From: an uncultured virus (IMG/VR IMGVR_UViG_3300005683_000013)
Taxonomy: Duplodnaviria > Heunggongvirae > Uroviricota > Caudoviricetes
Reading direction: 5' to 3' (one strand)
Length of the DNA stretch: 64,000 bases
IMG/VR virus record: IMGVR_UViG_3300005683_000013
Under the pieces are notes generated by a model that ran no database searches, was not told where the DNA came from, and saw nothing but the letters and a program-made list of their open reading frames with translations. The translations under genes and the position numbers were made by a program. Shown in pieces: positions 59,995-64,000 of the stretch; positions within the stretch are counted from its first letter, which is position 1; every line of letters begins with the position of its first letter.

Positions 59995-60987
59995 TTAAAC
60001 GTTATGTTTTGTATACCCAACAAGTAAAAACGCATAAAACAATGATTCAACATCAAACGTTGTGATTCCCTCTTCGATCAACAATTTCATGAATTCAACT
60101 TTGTTTGCTGACGGTTTGTAGTTATCAACAATAAACTCAATTTTTGAAATTTGCGAAGCTGATAGCATCACGCTATCAAGATAAACTAACTGCCAGTTCC
60201 GTTTAATCAAATCTATTGATTCAAGTACCTTAGAATAAACGCCAGATTTTTTTTGGTTCACTGTACAATAATCAATCACTTCATCTATTAAAATGTCTCT
60301 TTCAGATCCAAACAATGGAATTCTTTTCACTAACGTTTTAAATCCAACGCCGTCAATTCCCGGTATGTTGTCTGAAACATCGCCACAAAATGCTTTTGCT
60401 AACGCAAAATTCTGTGGTGTGATCTTGTACTCTTTTATCACATCTTCTTTTTTGATGATTATCTTCTTATGAAGATTGTAAATTTCAATAGAATCATCAA
60501 GAAGTTGATAAAAATCCTTGTCTGACGAAACGATCAATTTTTTTGCTGCTGCAAATTTGCGTTTTGCTAAAAAAGCAATTACGTCGTCGCCTTCGCAATT
60601 TGGAACGTAAACCTGACAGACAGGCAACAATTTTAGTAATTTCGCCAAAGTTCTAATTTGTTGCGATTTATTTTCTTCCGTGTCGGGAATGTCATCTTCA
60701 TAAAAACGATTAAGTTTTTCAGGCTTTCGATTTGCCTTGTATTCTGAAAACAAAGACCGACGTCTAGATGAACCACCACTTTCCCATGCAACGTAAATTG
60801 CCTTAGGATGTGTGTCATTGATGACTTTGTGTAAAGTCTTTAAAAATCCAACGATTCCACCAACTTGGTATCCATGTGAAGACATCGCTGGAAATGCACA
60901 GTAAGACCTAATGAAAAGGTTAACTCAAAGCCCGTCGATAAGCAATATAGGACGCTTATCGACGGGCACCTCGTGATTCTCTGTCAT
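59995..60987 (-). CDS. 5'-3' exonuclease/RNase H (FEN family) with in-frame TGA at 60925-60927
   Basis: ILLIDGL*VNLFIRSY, YKANR, EGDD, SSDKD, GDVSDNIPGIDGVG. Confidence 0.85.
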
Positions 60988-61019
60988 TGAACCAATTTAC
61001 TTCAGATTATACTGATTGT

Positions 61020-62033
61020 TCAGAAAAAACTTCCAGGATCAGAAATGACGTAATCACCCGTCCCGGGCCTTATCATGATATTGTCAGAATGCAAATCATT
61101 CCAATTAAAATTGTGATTCTTGCTTAGGAATTGTAACGTTTTCATCAAGTCTTTCATTTGATCGTCTTCAACCACGGAGTCAAATGTTGTCATGTCATCT
61201 TGTGAAGACATTGGCATCACTAAACTATTCAAAGCGTTACTAATTTTGCCTTGAAAAGTTCCCTCTGCGTATTGCCATTCTTCTAGTGATACACTATTAG
61301 GCAGTTTTTTACCAAATTGTTGCATCGCAGTACGTATTTGTTGAACAAACTGATCAATTAATTTTGAGTATTGTTGAAACGATGAATCGTTTGAACCTGT
61401 AGTTGTTAGTGATTTCTCCATCGTCGATAATGACTTCACAACCATCTGATAAAGTTCAGTAAACATCTGTGGTTCTAGTTTAATTTTTGATTCTTTTAAC
61501 GAAAAAATCAACAGTTTTTTGAGTGAATCAGAACCATGAACAAATGATTTTAGTCTGTTTTTTATCATGTAAACGGTGTCAGACATCTCAACTGGTGACC
61601 ACAAACTCTGAGCAATACTCTTTGGTAATGGCAACAAATACTCCACAAGAACACAATCTTGATAAAACCCAACATCATCATATAATTCTTCTGTGATTTT
61701 ATAAAACTTATACACTGACAAAATGTTTTTAGCAAATTCTTTAGGAAGTTCTTCTTTAAATCCTTTTATCTTTTGATAAACTTCAACTTCATGTTCTGGA
61801 ATGAATTTTGCAACATATCTTTTTCCACTGATTTCGACTTCATATGCAACGGCGTTCGCTCCATTACCAAGTTTTGAGCCTTTCTTACCAGACGGAATTG
61901 GGTTTAAATTTTGATTGACAAGCCATTTTTCAAAAGGATCAGAAGATTTTGATGCCCATTTTTTTAAAACATCAGAATCTTCTCGTAGTGATTCTCGTAA
62001 AACTGTACGTAATTGTTTGACTGTCAATCTCAT
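61020..62033 (-). CDS. Protein kinase-like protein with shared leader
   Basis: LGNGANAVAY, VAK, DLHSDNIM, ISDP; starts MRLTVKQLRTVLRE. Confidence 0.75.
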   Translation of the reverse strand: MRLTVKQLRTVLRESLREDSDVLKKWASKSSDPFEKWLVNQNLNPIPSGKKGSKLGNGANAVAYEVEISGKRYVAKFIPEHEVEVYQKIKGFKEELPKEFAKNILSVYKFYKITEELYDDVGFYQDCVLVEYLLPLPKSIAQSLWSPVEMSDTVYMIKNRLKSFVHGSDSLKKLLIFSLKESKIKLEPQMFTELYQMVVKSLSTMEKSLTTTGSNDSSFQQYSKLIDQFVQQIRTAMQQFGKKLPNSVSLEEWQYAEGTFQGKISNALNSLVMPMSSQDDMTTFDSVVEDDQMKDLMKTLQFLSKNHNFNWNDLHSDNIMIRPGTGDYVISDPGSFF

Positions 62034-62092
62034 GCACTTAAATATCAATGTGCATGAACAACAAGCTCATGCACATTTGACAATCTTACGTC

Positions 62093-62599
62093 TTAGATTC
62101 CAGTGGAACCAAAACCGTTTGACCCTCGAGTTGATTCTGATGTTTCAGATACCTCAATCAGTTTTACGTTCAAATGAGCGCTTACTGTTGCTAAAGTGTA
62201 ATAACACACTAATTGTGCAATTCTAGAACCACGCTTGTACGAGATTGTAGAATCAGTGCTGTTATATAACACCACGATAATTTCACCTCTGTATCTAGGA
62301 TCTAAAATGCCGCCGACTGGAAATACGCCATTTGCTGCCATTCCAGAGCGACCTTCAATCTTCATAAAAGGAACGGCAGAAATCCTATTATCAATTATCA
62401 ACGGTTCTATGCTTTCAGCAAACATCAAACCGGTGCTAACTTTCGCTGTCTTTCCAGGCAACAGCGTCACATCTTCAACACAAGATAGGTCAAAGCCAAC
62501 ATCGCCAGCTGCTTGAATAGGCAGGACCGCGCTCTCGTGACACTTCTTCACCGGTATTAGAATATTACTGTACTTTAGCAAAACATTCCCTCCAATCAT
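62093..62599 (-). CDS. dut: dUTPase (trimeric)
   Basis: GFDL, GRSG, GILDPRYRGE, RIAQL, RGSNGFGSTG. Confidence 0.93.
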   Translation of the reverse strand: MIGGNVLLKYSNILIPVKKCHESAVLPIQAAGDVGFDLSCVEDVTLLPGKTAKVSTGLMFAESIEPLIIDNRISAVPFMKIEGRSGMAANGVFPVGGILDPRYRGEIIVVLYNSTDSTISYKRGSRIAQLVCYYTLATVSAHLNVKLIEVSETSESTRGSNGFGSTGI

Positions 62600-63540
62600 T
62601 CTGTGTCATCTCCTTCTTCACCTGAATCATTCAAGACTTCATCTTGTTCGCTCTTCGATGGAAGTTTGACATACGCAGCCTCCATCATGTCATCAACGTA
62701 TTTTCCTAAAACAGGATCCGAAATAATGTTGCCAAAATCCTTTTTTGAGAATTTCTTGCAAACGATAACGTTTCCTGAAGAATCAGTGACTGTCAAAGAT
62801 TTCCATGCGCCGCCGCCGTCAACCAATAACTTTTTTCCGTCTTTTTCAATTGGGCCATTTTTTTCACAATACATTCGTAACACATCATAAATTTCTTCAT
62901 GTTCAAAAATACCACGACCAAAATGAATTTGAAATTCAACTTTACGAAGAGGTGGAGCGACTTTGTTTTTCACTGTTTTAGCAGCGACATTGATGCCGAT
63001 AATGTCTCCGTCTTTGTTCTCAATTTTTGATCCACCAGTCAAAGCAAGTCGAACGCTAGCATGGAATGGAACGGCCATTCCCCCACTCGTGCATGTTGGG
63101 TCGCCGTACATTGTATTGTGTGACAAAATACCGTTTGAATAATAACAGTTTGATCCCTCGACCTCAATATCCAATATATCTGTTTTACTAGATGTCTTAG
63201 TAACTTTACCAGTTATCCACTTGTTCTCTTCTGACAAAAACAACAAATCTTGTTTGTCAACAGCTTCCATAGCAGGTAACCAATGTTCAATACCGTCTGA
63301 TTTAACATAAAATCGATGTAACCCAGAAACTACTAATGTCTTTCTATTAACAAGATCAACGTTATATGCAATACTTTCTTGTTTTCTAACGATTTTTAGA
63401 ATTTTCGACCAAACATTTACTTTGTTTGTAACGTCATATGCAAGTATCTCATACTTTAAATGACTAACATCAACAGGTGTATCATATTCTAATGTTTGAT
63501 ATGGAAAACCCATTTCTTCAAACAACTTTGAGATAATCAT
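62596..63540 (-). CDS. recA: RecA/UvsX C-part with long IntC (63115-63540)
   Basis: GILSHN/TMYGDPTCTSGGMAVPFHASVR, KNKVAPP. Confidence 0.9.
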   Translation of the reverse strand: MIISKLFEEMGFPYQTLEYDTPVDVSHLKYEILAYDVTNKVNVWSKILKIVRKQESIAYNVDLVNRKTLVVSGLHRFYVKSDGIEHWLPAMEAVDKQDLLFLSEENKWITGKVTKTSSKTDILDIEVEGSNCYYSNGILSHNTMYGDPTCTSGGMAVPFHASVRLALTGGSKIENKDGDIIGINVAAKTVKNKVAPPLRKVEFQIHFGRGIFEHEEIYDVLRMYCEKNGPIEKDGKKLLVDGGGAWKSLTVTDSSGNVIVCKKFSKKDFGNIISDPVLGKYVDDMMEAAYVKLPSKSEQDEVLNDSGEEGDDTE

Positions 63541-64000
63541 TAATTTTTTCCTTTGTAGAATTCATTATAACTTCAAATGATTCCTTGATATCTTTTTCCC
63601 AAATTACCAATCTGTGATAACCTAATTGTTTTGCTTTGTCACGTTTACAAAAATCTCTTCTAATAGATTTTCTTTGCCAGTCATTAATTGGCCCATTTAC
63701 ATAAACTGACGGATTACAATGCCAATAATCACCATGAACTTCTATTAAGATGTTAGTATTTTTAACATGAAAATCAAAATAAAAGCTATCTACCAGAAAT
63801 TGTCTTGTAATTTCAAACCCTTGATTTTCTAACCATTCACCAACTATACGTTCTGGTTTAGAAATTGTACACATATACGCGTTTGGCAATTTTGTATTTG
63901 GCGTTATTCCGTTTTTAATTAAAATTTCTTTTATTTGTTTCCATCCACGTTGTGTTATTTTTGCTATGTCTTTAATGTAAACGCCCTGTTGACCAAGTTC
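63518..64000 (-). CDS. Homing endonuclease, Vsr/DUF559-like, partial
   Basis: SKPE, FDFH, IEVHGDYWH, IWE; frame open to the window edge. Confidence 0.8.
   Translation of the reverse strand, partial: ELGQQGVYIKDIAKITQRGWKQIKEILIKNGITPNTKLPNAYMCTISKPERIVGEWLENQGFEITRQFLVDSFYFDFHVKNTNILIEVHGDYWHCNPSVYVNGPINDWQRKSIRRDFCKRDKAKQLGYHRLVIWEKDIKESFEVIMNSTKEKINDYLKVV

Noticed and set aside
1..64000. Genome-wide stop codon reassignment
   Set aside because: TGA, TAG and TAA all terminate recognisable full-length genes; the exonuclease TGA is a local case

Overview
AT-rich, gene-dense segment, almost all on the minus strand, of a large (jumbo-type) tailed phage genome covering replication, nucleotide metabolism and accessory genes. 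All calls come from reading motifs by eye; no database searches were run. Main signals: (1) DNA polymerase III alpha (dnaE) is broken into five ORFs separated by four free-standing homing-endonuclease genes. Three junctions carry complete split inteins, and the fourth carries only a degenerate Hint-like remnant next to a structured 280-nt spacer. (2) nrdJ and recA are also split, recA by an atypically split intein with a long C-fragment. (3) The 5'-3' exonuclease gene has an in-frame TGA inside its first catalytic motif, directly after a perfect 14-bp hairpin, which suggests programmed recoding. (4) Two OMEGA elements (IscB and IsrB, each with an omegaRNA) are inserted immediately before start codons. 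(5) A probable glycosylated-cytosine DNA modification pathway is present. (6) Many unrelated proteins share an N-terminal leader and an upstream TAnnTA late-promoter-like motif. No tRNA, rRNA or CRISPR array was seen.
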